Source of the DNA: Candidatus Bathyarchaeota archaeon
GTDB lineage: Archaea > Thermoproteota > Bathyarchaeia > 40CM-2-53-6
Direction of reading: 5' to 3'
DNA length: 64,000 nt
Assembly (NCBI GenBank): GCA_963733055.1
Contig: CAVTBR010000003.1
Location: forward strand, 448,001-512,000
Part shown: positions 49,263 through 58,046 of the stretch, piece by piece
Position numbering within the stretch: the first letter of the stretch is position 1
Layout: the number at the start of each line of letters is the position of its first letter
Translations under genes and position numbers: made by a program
Notes under the pieces: generated by a model
Database searches by the model: none
What the model was told of the DNA's origin: nothing
Seen by the model: the letters and a program-made list of their open reading frames with translations, nothing else

Positions 49263-52200
49263 CTATGCTGAAAATCTTCTCTGCGCTTTCTCTAGGTCAC
49301 GTTTGGCTCCCAGTTTCTGGAAGATTTCCGCGGCTTGGTCTAAGCGTTTCTTTGATTCTTCCGGGCTCGTTTGAGCTATGGCTTCGGAGTAGGCTCTGAG
49401 AGCTTTAGCGTGGTAGTATGGCCATCCTGCCTTCTCCCATAGGGCTAAGGATTTTGCAATCGACTCTTCTGCCCTCTCTCGTTCACCAGCTGCGAGGTGG
49501 ATGATTGCTTCTGCTTGCGCGCTCATGGCTAGGCCCGCGTTGCTGCGCAATTGCTCCGATAGTCTCGCAGCCCACTGACTAGCCTCTCGTGCCTTATCCA
49601 GTTCCTGAAGTTTCGAGTACATTTCGGTAAGGTGAAGTAATGTCTCGATGTGCAGAATTGGCTGGGAGCTGAATTCCAACTTTCTGAAGGCGTTGACAGC
49701 GATTTCGAAGTGTTGCCTAGCCTCCACCTCGCGCCCCTGCTCTTCCCTAAGCAACCCCAACCCGACATGCAGGGGCACAACGCTTCCGATCTTGGTGTCA
49801 TCCTTCATCGACTCAAGGGCCCGCTCAAAATCCGCTCCCGCTTTCTGCAAATCTCCCATACCGAGCAGCAGAAAACCTCTCTTTATTTGGGCAAGTGCTT
49901 TGGTTGAGAGGGGCGTCCCGAGCCGTGCAAGGATTTCAAATGATCTTTCAACCTCACCTAGAGCGGCTTTCCAATCCCCTATGAAGAAGTCGATTTCAGA
50001 CAGCCTCAACCACGCTGAAACTTCGTAGATGACGTGGTTTATGCGCTTGCATAGTTCAAGTCGTCGAACGGCGAACTCTCTTGCCTTTGCAAGATCCCTC
50101 GGGTATGTATAGAGACCTAGATTTAGCAGACAGTAAGACGCCTGCGCGAATAGTTCGTGCTCCTTAGAGATTTGGAGGGCCTTTTCTAGAAGAGGCAGAC
50201 CTTCGTCTACCCGGCCCGTATCTGCAAGATAACCGCCTTTAGTACCTAAGCCATCGGCGACGGCTACGAAATTGCCACTCTTCTCGCCCGCATCAATGCC
50301 TTTGTCAATCCAGCCAACCGCTTCTTGGTATTCATCCAGTAGACCTAGCCAGAAGGCTAAGCGCGAGTAGATTGATGCGGCTTCAAAACTATCAGGATCA
50401 CTCTCCACGTATTTGAGGGCTCGTCTAGTGACTATGATTGCCTCCTTGGCGCCGATCGTAGGCCCCTTCGCATCGTAGATTGCATCTGAAGAATCGGCGC
50501 GTATCCGTGCGCAAGACTTGTAATCGTGTAGCCTCTCGAAAAGTGCAAGAGCCTCTTCATAGCGGACTGTGCTCTCTTGCGCATCCCCGGCGAAATAGTA
50601 GGCGCCACCAAGTTTTTCCAAGACAGATGCTTTTTCTTCGTCTCTTCCTCCCTCTAAGTCGAGGAGTTCGAGAGCGCGTTTGTAATCGGTAACTGCTTGG
50701 TCATATGCATGGATCGAAATGTTTCTATCGCCAGCGATGATTGAATACCTGGTGCAATGTTGCGTGTCGCCAGCATCATAGTAATGACTCGCGATGGCCT
50801 CCGCGTGCTGGTCTAAGTTCGTGGCGTAGATTTTCTCCATTGCTTCAGCGATTTTCTGATGGTATCTCCCGCTTCTAATCTTGCTCAGGTTGCCTAGCAT
50901 CAGTTCCCTGATGCGGCTATCGACGAACCTGAAGACGCCTTTCTTGCTAGGTTCCTCGATAAGCCTAGAAGCAAGAGCCTTCTCAAGGCGATCAAGCAGC
51001 AGATCCTCCTCGACTCCGGACACTTCACCAAGAACATCGAAATCAAATTCAAAACCAATTACGGACGCGACGACCATAGTGTTCAAAGTGTCAGGATCAA
51101 ACTTCTTGATCCTTGATTCGAGGGCAGCTTTGACGCTCTTGGGAACAACCAGTTCTTGGATCGGTTTTCTTTCCCATCCTTTGTCGCTGCGGTATATAGT
51201 TCCGTCCTCTACTAGTGACCGTAGAATCTCTTCGACGAAAAACGGATTGCCGCCGGTGCGTTGGTGAATCAGGTTGACGAGTTCTGCGCTGACGCTGGGT
51301 TCACCGAAAATTTCCGTCACCAGCCTGCCGGACTCTTCAAGCGTGAGGTTCTTCAATGAAATGTTTTCGAGAACTCGTTCTCTGTTTAGTCTCATCAGGC
51401 TTTTCTCAAGCGGGCTGTCTGCCTCTATTTCTTCGGTGCGGTAACCACAGATAGCTAGGATTCGTAAGTTGCCCGTGCTCCTCACGAAATACTCCAGAAG
51501 GTCTATTGAAGCCTGATCTGCCCATTCCATGTCGTCAAGCAGGACCAGAAGTGGCTGTTCCTTAGAGACTGCAATCAGGAATTGTGTTATCGTTTCGAAT
51601 AATCGAATCTTATCCTGTTGTTCACCAATCGATTTCACGGGAGGAATCGTGCCGAGTTTGACCGTAATGTCCGGCACCAATCTCGCTAGATCTGCAGGGT
51701 TTCCCGCTATCATTCGGCGAAGGACCTCGCTAGGCACGCTGGCGACGTATTCGCGCAGAAGCTCAACCCATGGAGAATAGGGAACTTTATCCTCGGTTCC
51801 CCTGCCTGTGAGGACCGAGGCTCCTTCGGACTGCGCGTATGAGGTCAACTCACGAAGAATACGACTCTTACCAGCACCAGCCTCCCCATGGATAACAACT
51901 ATAGAGGATTTGCCGGCTTGAGCATCCTGAAAAGCAGACCTGAGCCTGGACAACTCTTCATCACGCCCCACCAAAGGTGTGAGCCATCGTGGTTCTCTGA
52001 ACGCCACTGGTCGAGTAAGCTGGGGTTCAGGACCGGCTTTCTCGGCCACAAGTCCCTCTAGGAGGAATTCTCTTTGGGACACTTCGATGCCATGGGCCCA
52101 CTTGATACGTAGGAATTTCCCCAATCGTCCCTCAACGTCCTTCTCGAAAACTTCTATGTTCACATCGAATAGGTCTACGACCGCCTGCGTTTCCTCAGGG

Positions 52201-52712
52201 GCGTGCATGTACGGGTTGAGAATTGCTAGAGTTGTGATGCCTCTTGAACGGAGTCTCTCCAAGAGTTCGTTGAGCCATTTCCTCGTCTGAAGCGCTTTAT
52301 GTCTCAGCAATATGTCTGAGAGAATATCCAATGCGACCCGTTTCGGCTGAATGGATGCTAATGCTTCGTTGATTTGAAGGTTCAAGTCGGTGAGGTTCTC
52401 GATGCCTTTACCTGGCACGATACCTCTTGCGGGCGACACGGGTTTGTCGCTGCAAATCAGACTTGACCTGCCGTCGGCCGCATCTTGCGCGATCGGTTGG
52501 GCAGTTGAGAGATTGCGACATATCAGCAAGCTAGGCTGCTCACACTTCAGAAAGTTAGCCAGCAGAATTGGCATTTCGTCGCTTGCCGGCGCGTTCAGCA
52601 CGACCATAGAACCATTAAGGAAACCTCCCTGTAGGGCCTCATCCAGCCTACCGTAACCGGTCGAAACCTTATTCCCTAAACTTGGCATAGGCGAGGGTGT
52701 CTTCTCAGTCAA
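49263..52712 (-). CDS. Inactive KaiC/RAD55-like domain fused to STAND (AAA_16-type) NTPase and TPR array
   Basis: VSTGYGRLDEALQGG...NAPASDE; LVGRDEEL..GEAGAGKS; LLDDMEWAD; TGGNPFFVEE; C-terminal TPRs. Confidence 0.88.
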   Translation of the reverse strand: MTEKTPSPMPSLGNKVSTGYGRLDEALQGGFLNGSMVVLNAPASDEMPILLANFLKCEQPSLLICRNLSTAQPIAQDAADGRSSLICSDKPVSPARGIVPGKGIENLTDLNLQINEALASIQPKRVALDILSDILLRHKALQTRKWLNELLERLRSRGITTLAILNPYMHAPEETQAVVDLFDVNIEVFEKDVEGRLGKFLRIKWAHGIEVSQREFLLEGLVAEKAGPEPQLTRPVAFREPRWLTPLVGRDEELSRLRSAFQDAQAGKSSIVVIHGEAGAGKSRILRELTSYAQSEGASVLTGRGTEDKVPYSPWVELLREYVASVPSEVLRRMIAGNPADLARLVPDITVKLGTIPPVKSIGEQQDKIRLFETITQFLIAVSKEQPLLVLLDDMEWADQASIDLLEYFVRSTGNLRILAICGYRTEEIEADSPLEKSLMRLNRERVLENISLKNLTLEESGRLVTEIFGEPSVSAELVNLIHQRTGGNPFFVEEILRSLVEDGTIYRSDKGWERKPIQELVVPKSVKAALESRIKKFDPDTLNTMVVASVIGFEFDFDVLGEVSGVEEDLLLDRLEKALASRLIEEPSKKGVFRFVDSRIRELMLGNLSKIRSGRYHQKIAEAMEKIYATNLDQHAEAIASHYYDAGDTQHCTRYSIIAGDRNISIHAYDQAVTDYKRALELLDLEGGRDEEKASVLEKLGGAYYFAGDAQESTVRYEEALALFERLHDYKSCARIRADSSDAIYDAKGPTIGAKEAIIVTRRALKYVESDPDSFEAASIYSRLAFWLGLLDEYQEAVGWIDKGIDAGEKSGNFVAVADGLGTKGGYLADTGRVDEGLPLLEKALQISKEHELFAQASYCLLNLGLYTYPRDLAKAREFAVRRLELCKRINHVIYEVSAWLRLSEIDFFIGDWKAALGEVERSFEILARLGTPLSTKALAQIKRGFLLLGMGDLQKAGADFERALESMKDDTKIGSVVPLHVGLGLLREEQGREVEARQHFEIAVNAFRKLEFSSQPILHIETLLHLTEMYSKLQELDKAREASQWAARLSEQLRSNAGLAMSAQAEAIIHLAAGERERAEESIAKSLALWEKAGWPYYHAKALRAYSEAIAQTSPEESKKRLDQAAEIFQKLGAKRDLEKAQRRFSA

Positions 52713-53109
52713 TTATGAGGCCGCTCAACTCACATCATATGAATATTTACAGTTTTACCGAGGCTGAGAAACCAAAACCTTCCAGTTCCGCGAGCTTGGG
52801 ATGTGCGAACTCCATCGGCACGATTAACAGGACGTCCTTTCACTGCTGACATGAGTGAACGATCTGCTGAAGCATTCAGCCTACATTGATTCAAGGGGTC
52901 TTCGAGGATAAGTCTGTCTTACTTCTGAGGTGAATCTTGAAACTTCGTATTTTCTCAGTTTTGCCTTCGACCATGGGCCCTGAAGAAATAGTCCGGTTCG
53001 TCACATGTACCCCTGTAACGGCCCATAACGAAACTGACCATAAGCCACATTAACTGAACGGCGTAGGCAGGGTTGTGGGGTTTGGCTGCTGTGTCAAACT
53101 AGAGTAGGC

Positions 53110-53970
53110 TTGTTCTTTCTCAGCCTGCTGTTACTGTTAATGTTCGTATCGTTTAACGTGATTCGACCTGTATACAGCACAGGGTTATCTGTAGACGGGT
53201 CTGGTTCAAACGCTTGCACTGGGACATCGTGTTCTGTATTGGCCTTCGGAACCAGTAACCCGAATGATGTTATAATCGTCTTTGCGGGCACCATTACGGG
53301 TCCTAGTATCACATTCTTCACCCCAACGGATAGTCAGGGGCATCTAAGTTTCACGTTGAGGAAGTCCACCCCAGTATCCGCTGGAGTGATGAGTGAATGG
53401 TGGGCTATAGCCACCCCAACGCTTTCAGGAGATACGATAACAGTTACTGCTTCAGGCAACTCATTCATTGCGTTGCAAGTTTGGGGGATGAACGGGGCGA
53501 ACACTGCGTCACCATTCGACCCCTCAGCAGGAGTGCCTGCGACTAACAGCGGCACAGTCCCTCCCTGCGGTTCTGGTTCTTGCTCAGATTCGATTAGCGT
53601 AACGATTTCTTCAACCTCAAATGCTAACGACGTGATACTCGGTATGGTAGCCGATGATTTCTTCTCGGACACCTTGACGGCTGGTTCAGGTTTCAGTCTG
53701 ATAGCCGTCCAGAACGGCGGGACTGCTGCTGAGTTCAAGGTTGTGTCTACCACACAGAGTGGTCTATCCGTTTCCTTCACCATTTCCCACCAGGATAGTG
53801 AAAGTGGTGCCAATTGGGCTATGATTGGGGACGCCGTGCAAGCTCCAGCGGTAACGTCAACCACGACTACGAGTGCGCCTCCTATCCCAGAATACCCCTA
53901 CGGCCTAGTGTTGCTGGCAATCTTATTGGTTATAGGATATGGGTTAGTTAGGCGTAGAATTAATTACTAA
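53110..53970 (+). CDS. Ser/Thr-rich surface protein with PEF-CTERM-like sorting signal
   Basis: Signal peptide; internal repeat (TSNPNDVII / TSNANDVIL); C-terminus IPEYP + TM + RRR. Confidence 0.75.
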   Translation: MFFLSLLLLLMFVSFNVIRPVYSTGLSVDGSGSNACTGTSCSVLAFGTSNPNDVIIVFAGTITGPSITFFTPTDSQGHLSFTLRKSTPVSAGVMSEWWAIATPTLSGDTITVTASGNSFIALQVWGMNGANTASPFDPSAGVPATNSGTVPPCGSGSCSDSISVTISSTSNANDVILGMVADDFFSDTLTAGSGFSLIAVQNGGTAAEFKVVSTTQSGLSVSFTISHQDSESGANWAMIGDAVQAPAVTSTTTTSAPPIPEYPYGLVLLAILLVIGYGLVRRRINY

Positions 53971-53977
53971 ATTATGA

Positions 53978-53995
53978 TTGGGCCTGACGGCCCAA
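53978..53995. terminator. Hairpin between convergent genes
   Basis: TTGGGCC-TGAC-GGCCCAA. Confidence 0.45.
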
Positions 53996-54010
53996 CGATC
54001 TTAACGCAGT

Positions 54011-54493
54011 CTAGGGTTTATCGTTTCGGGTTCGGCGTCTAATGACGCCATATGCAATCATCACGGAAAATGCTAGCACGGCTAGGCCTAAGGGGTATTC
54101 AGGAATAGTCAATGGCACCCCAAGAATAATCACCGTTGTAAGACCAATGACGACGAAAGTTGCAGGGCTGCTGGCGGTATCCGTTGAGCACGTTGTAGTA
54201 CTCGACGTTACTTCAGTAGAACTGAGTGTGGAGACGGCGCTCAACCCAGGGACCTGCGTAGTCGTAGTTGTCACTGTGGTCCCTGAAGTCACAGTAATTG
54301 TTGCGTAATTGACCGTAATCATTGATGCAGGGAAGGTAACTGTTGTTGAAACGAAAGTCTCTGTTGTTGCAGGGATAGTTATGATAGTAATTGGAGGGCA
54401 CGGGCTAGCATTGACGATTATGGGTGTTGCCAAGGCTAAGACGGTTGCCATAAGCAAGGCATACTTGACCCAAGCCGTTCCAAATCTCATCAA
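54011..54493 (-). CDS. Thr-rich surface protein with PEF-CTERM-like sorting signal
   Basis: Signal peptide, Thr-rich body, C-terminus IPEYPLGL + TM + RRRTR. Confidence 0.7.
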   Translation of the reverse strand: MMRFGTAWVKYALLMATVLALATPIIVNASPCPPITIITIPATTETFVSTTVTFPASMITVNYATITVTSGTTVTTTTTQVPGLSAVSTLSSTEVTSSTTTCSTDTASSPATFVVIGLTTVIILGVPLTIPEYPLGLAVLAFSVMIAYGVIRRRTRNDKP

Positions 54494-54671
54494 ACGAACC
54501 CGACGGTAGGTCAGGTGCGAGAAGGTAATAAGACCTTGTTCGAACCTCGATATCGAATTACGACTCGGACCAGTAAACGTTCCCTTAGCAGTTCGGAGTT
54601 ATCGCTAGCCTGGGAATATTTTACCAAAATCAGCTTGGCCTTTCAGGCCACAGGCGAAGGCCCTAGACGGA

Positions 54672-54707
54672 CATAATAAAGAAAGAAAATTAGGGCGGTT
54701 ACCGCCC
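54672..54707 (-). terminator. GC hairpin plus T-rich tract downstream of the small ORF
   Basis: Minus strand GGGCGGTAACCGCCC followed by TAATTTTCTTTCTTTATT. Confidence 0.6.
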
Positions 54708-54720
54708 AAGTTTAGTAGCC

Positions 54721-54801
54721 TTATGCTACTTGTTCCTCTTGTCGAATGTTCTTGTCGTGCTCCTTACCTAAACCCATCTTAACTTTCTTTTTCGGCGCCA
54801 T
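54721..54801 (-). CDS. Small 26-aa protein MAPKKKVKMGLGKEHDKNIRQEEQVA
   Basis: SD GGAGGTG (54810-54816), TATA-like TTAAATA (about 54852-54858) and downstream terminator; below the ORF-track size cutoff. Confidence 0.55.
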   Translation of the reverse strand: MAPKKKVKMGLGKEHDKNIRQEEQVA

Positions 54802-55169
54802 CTCTCAAACACCTCCAACAATCAACTAGAACCGTTGTACCTCCGACTAGGTATTTAATGTGGGTTGGAGGGGAAGTCGTAAAGGGTAATTATACTCCAT
54901 TTCTACCTAGTAGAATGAATGGGCCTTACGGCCGTATACACTTGGAGTCGGTCCAACGACGCAGCCCGATAGTATCTTATTCACTACCCCTACACTTTCT
55001 ATCCAGTAGGACAGTTAGTGTCTTACATTGTCCAAAAGTGGTGGCATGAGTTCGGCTTTTGGTGACCTCTCTGGGGCCTCAAAGTTCCCGTCCCAACCTT
55101 TTTTGGCAACTCTATTAGATGAAAAGCAAATGTGGCGATTTCGCTTAGTACTGGGGTCGGTTCAGTGAA

Positions 55170-55195
55170 TGGTGGGGCCGGTGGGATTTGAACCC
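55170..55195 (-). repeat. tRNA 3'-end duplication, att site of the integrated element (tRNA-Trp/Pro-like acceptor stem)
   Basis: Minus strand GGGTTCAAATCCCACCGGCCCCACCA with T-loop and CCA, no 5' half nearby, 70 bp from the integrase. Confidence 0.8.
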
Positions 55196-55264
55196 CCGTT
55201 ATCGTAGGGTTCGATAGCCTTATTTGCACCATCCGACGATAGCCTTTTGCGGAGCTAAACCCTC

Positions 55265-56650
55265 TTGCCGTACAAGAACATGGAGAGTCATCTCAGTAAA
55301 TGTGATGAACCGTGCGTTCAGGATTGGATTCGCAGTCTTAACCCGAACTCGAAGAGTTACGCATACTATTTCCTTCGGTACCGCACTAACGTCATTGAAC
55401 GGAAGTTCTGGAAATCGGCTCAGACGATGCTAAACGATCACAACAAATGTATGAAGTCAAGGGACAAGAAAATCCAATACATGCATTTGGATAGGGTCAT
55501 AAATTACGTCACAGGCTTGCGGACCGGGGTTAGTGACAAACGAAACACTTGGTGTGCAATCCGCAGCTTCTACGAACACCACCGAGAGGACCTCCAGTCA
55601 TTACGCAAGACCGATTCAAATAAGATGTTCAGAAGGAGCAAGCTCGACGAGGAACGCGTCTATGAGGAGCAAGCATTAACTCTTGAAGAAGTTCACAAGC
55701 TAATACTCAACGCACCGTTGCCCTACAACCATGTTTTCACGGTCATGCTCCAAGCAGGCATGGCTGAAGCAGAGTTCGAGCAATTCAACTCCGAAGTGTG
55801 GAAACAGATCGTTGACAAACTGGATAGCCCGGAAGCTATCGAAATTCCCCTACTCAGATCGAAAGTGAGCCGCGGCGGAAAGCTAGTGAAATTCTCCCCC
55901 TTCATCAGCAACGACGCCAAGAAAGCTATTAAGGATTGGCTCAAAATGCGTCCGCAAGCAGTTGATCCATATCTCTTCGTAACTTGGCGGAAGGGAGGAG
56001 GAAAAAACCATCTCACTGGAGCCTACGTGCCGGTCACCGGCGAACTAATCATCAAACAAATTACGAAAATCGCAATGCGCATTCGGCTGATCACAAAAGG
56101 CAACCATGGAGCAGCAAACCGGTACCACGTACACGAACACGAATTCCGAGACCTATTCCGAACCCTGTGCGATATGCATGGGGTAAAACATATTGGAGCT
56201 GAGTTCATGATGGGACATTCAATTGACTCGTACAGGAAAGCACATCTGTATAATATTGACTTCTACCGGGACGAATACAAGAAGATCGAACCATATCTGA
56301 ACGTCATAAGCAACCCCCCCGGTTCACAGAACATCCAACTCTTCCAGCAGGAGAACAGAAGAACGGCAAACCGACTATTCCTGCTAGCGCTACACTACAG
56401 CGAACGGACAATCAAAAAGATTACAAGAGACTGCCCCGGCGACGACTTGGCGAACCTGCCGAAAGATGAAATGGAAAGGTTGTCCGAGAGAGCAAGAAAC
56501 AGATTCGGCGCCACTCCTGCCAAGCCAAAACCCAGGCGACAGAGGTTCGTGACACCACTTGAGGGCAGACGCCTAGTTGAGAACCAGGGCTGGAATCTTG
56601 TGCGCAAGGATTCCGACGAGTGGCTAATCAGGGAGCCGGAGCCAACATGA
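55265..56650 (+). CDS. Tyrosine recombinase/integrase
   Basis: AIRSFY, HEFR (HxxR), FMMGH..SY, C-terminal QRFV...QGWNLV extension; box I reads QAGMA. Confidence 0.85.
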   Translation: MPYKNMESHLSKCDEPCVQDWIRSLNPNSKSYAYYFLRYRTNVIERKFWKSAQTMLNDHNKCMKSRDKKIQYMHLDRVINYVTGLRTGVSDKRNTWCAIRSFYEHHREDLQSLRKTDSNKMFRRSKLDEERVYEEQALTLEEVHKLILNAPLPYNHVFTVMLQAGMAEAEFEQFNSEVWKQIVDKLDSPEAIEIPLLRSKVSRGGKLVKFSPFISNDAKKAIKDWLKMRPQAVDPYLFVTWRKGGGKNHLTGAYVPVTGELIIKQITKIAMRIRLITKGNHGAANRYHVHEHEFRDLFRTLCDMHGVKHIGAEFMMGHSIDSYRKAHLYNIDFYRDEYKKIEPYLNVISNPPGSQNIQLFQQENRRTANRLFLLALHYSERTIKKITRDCPGDDLANLPKDEMERLSERARNRFGATPAKPKPRRQRFVTPLEGRRLVENQGWNLVRKDSDEWLIREPEPT

Positions 56651-56857
56651 CTACAAACCCATCTTATCCAGAAGCCCGTCGACAAGTTTCCAATACATCT
56701 TGACCTTTGTGTAGGACTCGACAGTCAACGGCATCGTGTCTGGCTCCTTCTCTAACATTTTGAGAAACTCCGCGTCCGCTGACGATCCTAGCCGAGCAGA
56801 GACCTTTGCCGCCAACTTCTTGATCTCGATGAGGCTTACCGCGTCGTCACCAGGCAC
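56651..56857 (-). CDS. Small hypothetical protein
   Basis: SD-like GGGTGA upstream; 68 aa; stop abuts the integrase stop. Confidence 0.5.
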   Translation of the reverse strand: MPGDDAVSLIEIKKLAAKVSARLGSSADAEFLKMLEKEPDTMPLTVESYTKVKMYWKLVDGLLDKMGL

Positions 56858-56878
56858 GAGTCGTTCACCCGAAATGGC

Positions 56879-57484
56879 TCAATTCTTTTTCCTGTGAGGA
56901 TTCTTTCTTATGTTCTCTATCACTTTCATTTCCTCAAGCTTCGCGTTGAGCAACGAACTCACCTGTTCGCTGTTGACTTGCGAAAGGTCGCCTAGCATGC
57001 TGATTTCAAAGTCAGAATAATGCACTGCTCTTAGAAACGCACTAGCAAACTCCTCCCGTAACCGGACCTGTTCAAACTCCTTTGGGGATATCCGATAACG
57101 CTGCAGAGCCTCCGCAAGTCCGTCCACGTTGGTTTCAAACCAGTCGCTCTCGGAGGTGGCTGTGAATATTTTTGCCCTAAGGCGCACGGAAGAGAGAATG
57201 GAATCGGGATCCTGCGAAGTATCGCCGATTCCCGAAGGATATAGGACGGCTACGGCGAACGATTCCACACCTTCTTTGATGCGCTCCCGGCAACTCTTCT
57301 CCAACGATTCGACGGCGTTTCGCGCACTAACGACCTTTCCCTCCAGAAGAAACTTGGCTCCCGATGAATCTGTAACTACGACGTCGGGTAGCCTATGATT
57401 GTCGGTTACGGAAACGATCTTCTGCCCCGAGAGGATCTCAGCGAGCCTGGCGTTGAGAACCTCTTCGCGCAACGGGCGACCCAC
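56879..57484 (-). CDS. PD-(D/E)xK restriction endonuclease-like protein
   Basis: REEVLNARLAEIL...RLPDVVV...LLEGK...AVAVLYP resembles the N-terminal nuclease region of Type IIG-like R-M proteins. Confidence 0.6.
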   Translation of the reverse strand: MGRPLREEVLNARLAEILSGQKIVSVTDNHRLPDVVVTDSSGAKFLLEGKVVSARNAVESLEKSCRERIKEGVESFAVAVLYPSGIGDTSQDPDSILSSVRLRAKIFTATSESDWFETNVDGLAEALQRYRISPKEFEQVRLREEFASAFLRAVHYSDFEISMLGDLSQVNSEQVSSLLNAKLEEMKVIENIRKNPHRKKN

Positions 57485-57519
57485 TCGATCAGTCCCCGGT
57501 CCGTAAGACGCGGCAGGTA

Positions 57520-57741
57520 CTATATACCGTTACCGAGATGCAATAGACAGCAAGCCATGCAGGCGCAACCCGCAATCAAGTCGAACATGGAAGCAAGCAC
57601 TCCGGAGTCATCGGAGGGATGATTGTTCTCGCTGAGTCGGTACAAGGATGCGCCGCCTTCGTAATCTCGTTGGACAACTGCATTCATATCAGGTGATATG
57701 ACGAATACCGTTGTGTCCGTGACGGTCTTCGGTGGTTTCAT
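57520..57741 (-). CDS. Small hypothetical protein with Cys-rich C-terminus
   Basis: ATG-started 73-aa ORF upstream of the nuclease; GCACMACC. Confidence 0.3.
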   Translation of the reverse strand: MKPPKTVTDTTVFVISPDMNAVVQRDYEGGASLYRLSENNHPSDDSGVLASMFDLIAGCACMACCLLHLGNGI

Positions 57742-58046
57742 TTGGTTAGGTTACTGCCAACTGAGACCAATTTTGCCGGATTGGTCCTGGAGCGCACGCT
57801 TCATGTAATCGCCTCGCTATGTCGCATGCCAACTAGGTCTTTAGCCAACAGTGTTTCGAAAACTGTTGGAAAACGCATCTTAGGAAATACTTCGCTCTGT
57901 TGTTGAAGTATTCACCTGGGTAGATGCGAAGAGACTCAAGCGTACACACTATTCCAAGAAGGATGATACAAACACCCAGATCGCAGAAAGCACTCTATTG
58001 GTCAGAATGACTCCTTGTACCAAACGTCGAATTTTGCATACTACCA

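Noticed and set aside
55170-55260. Intact, intron-containing or split tRNA gene
   Set aside because: No matching 5' acceptor strand (GGGGCCG), D-arm or anticodon arm upstream on the minus strand; adjacency to an integrase makes an att duplication simpler.
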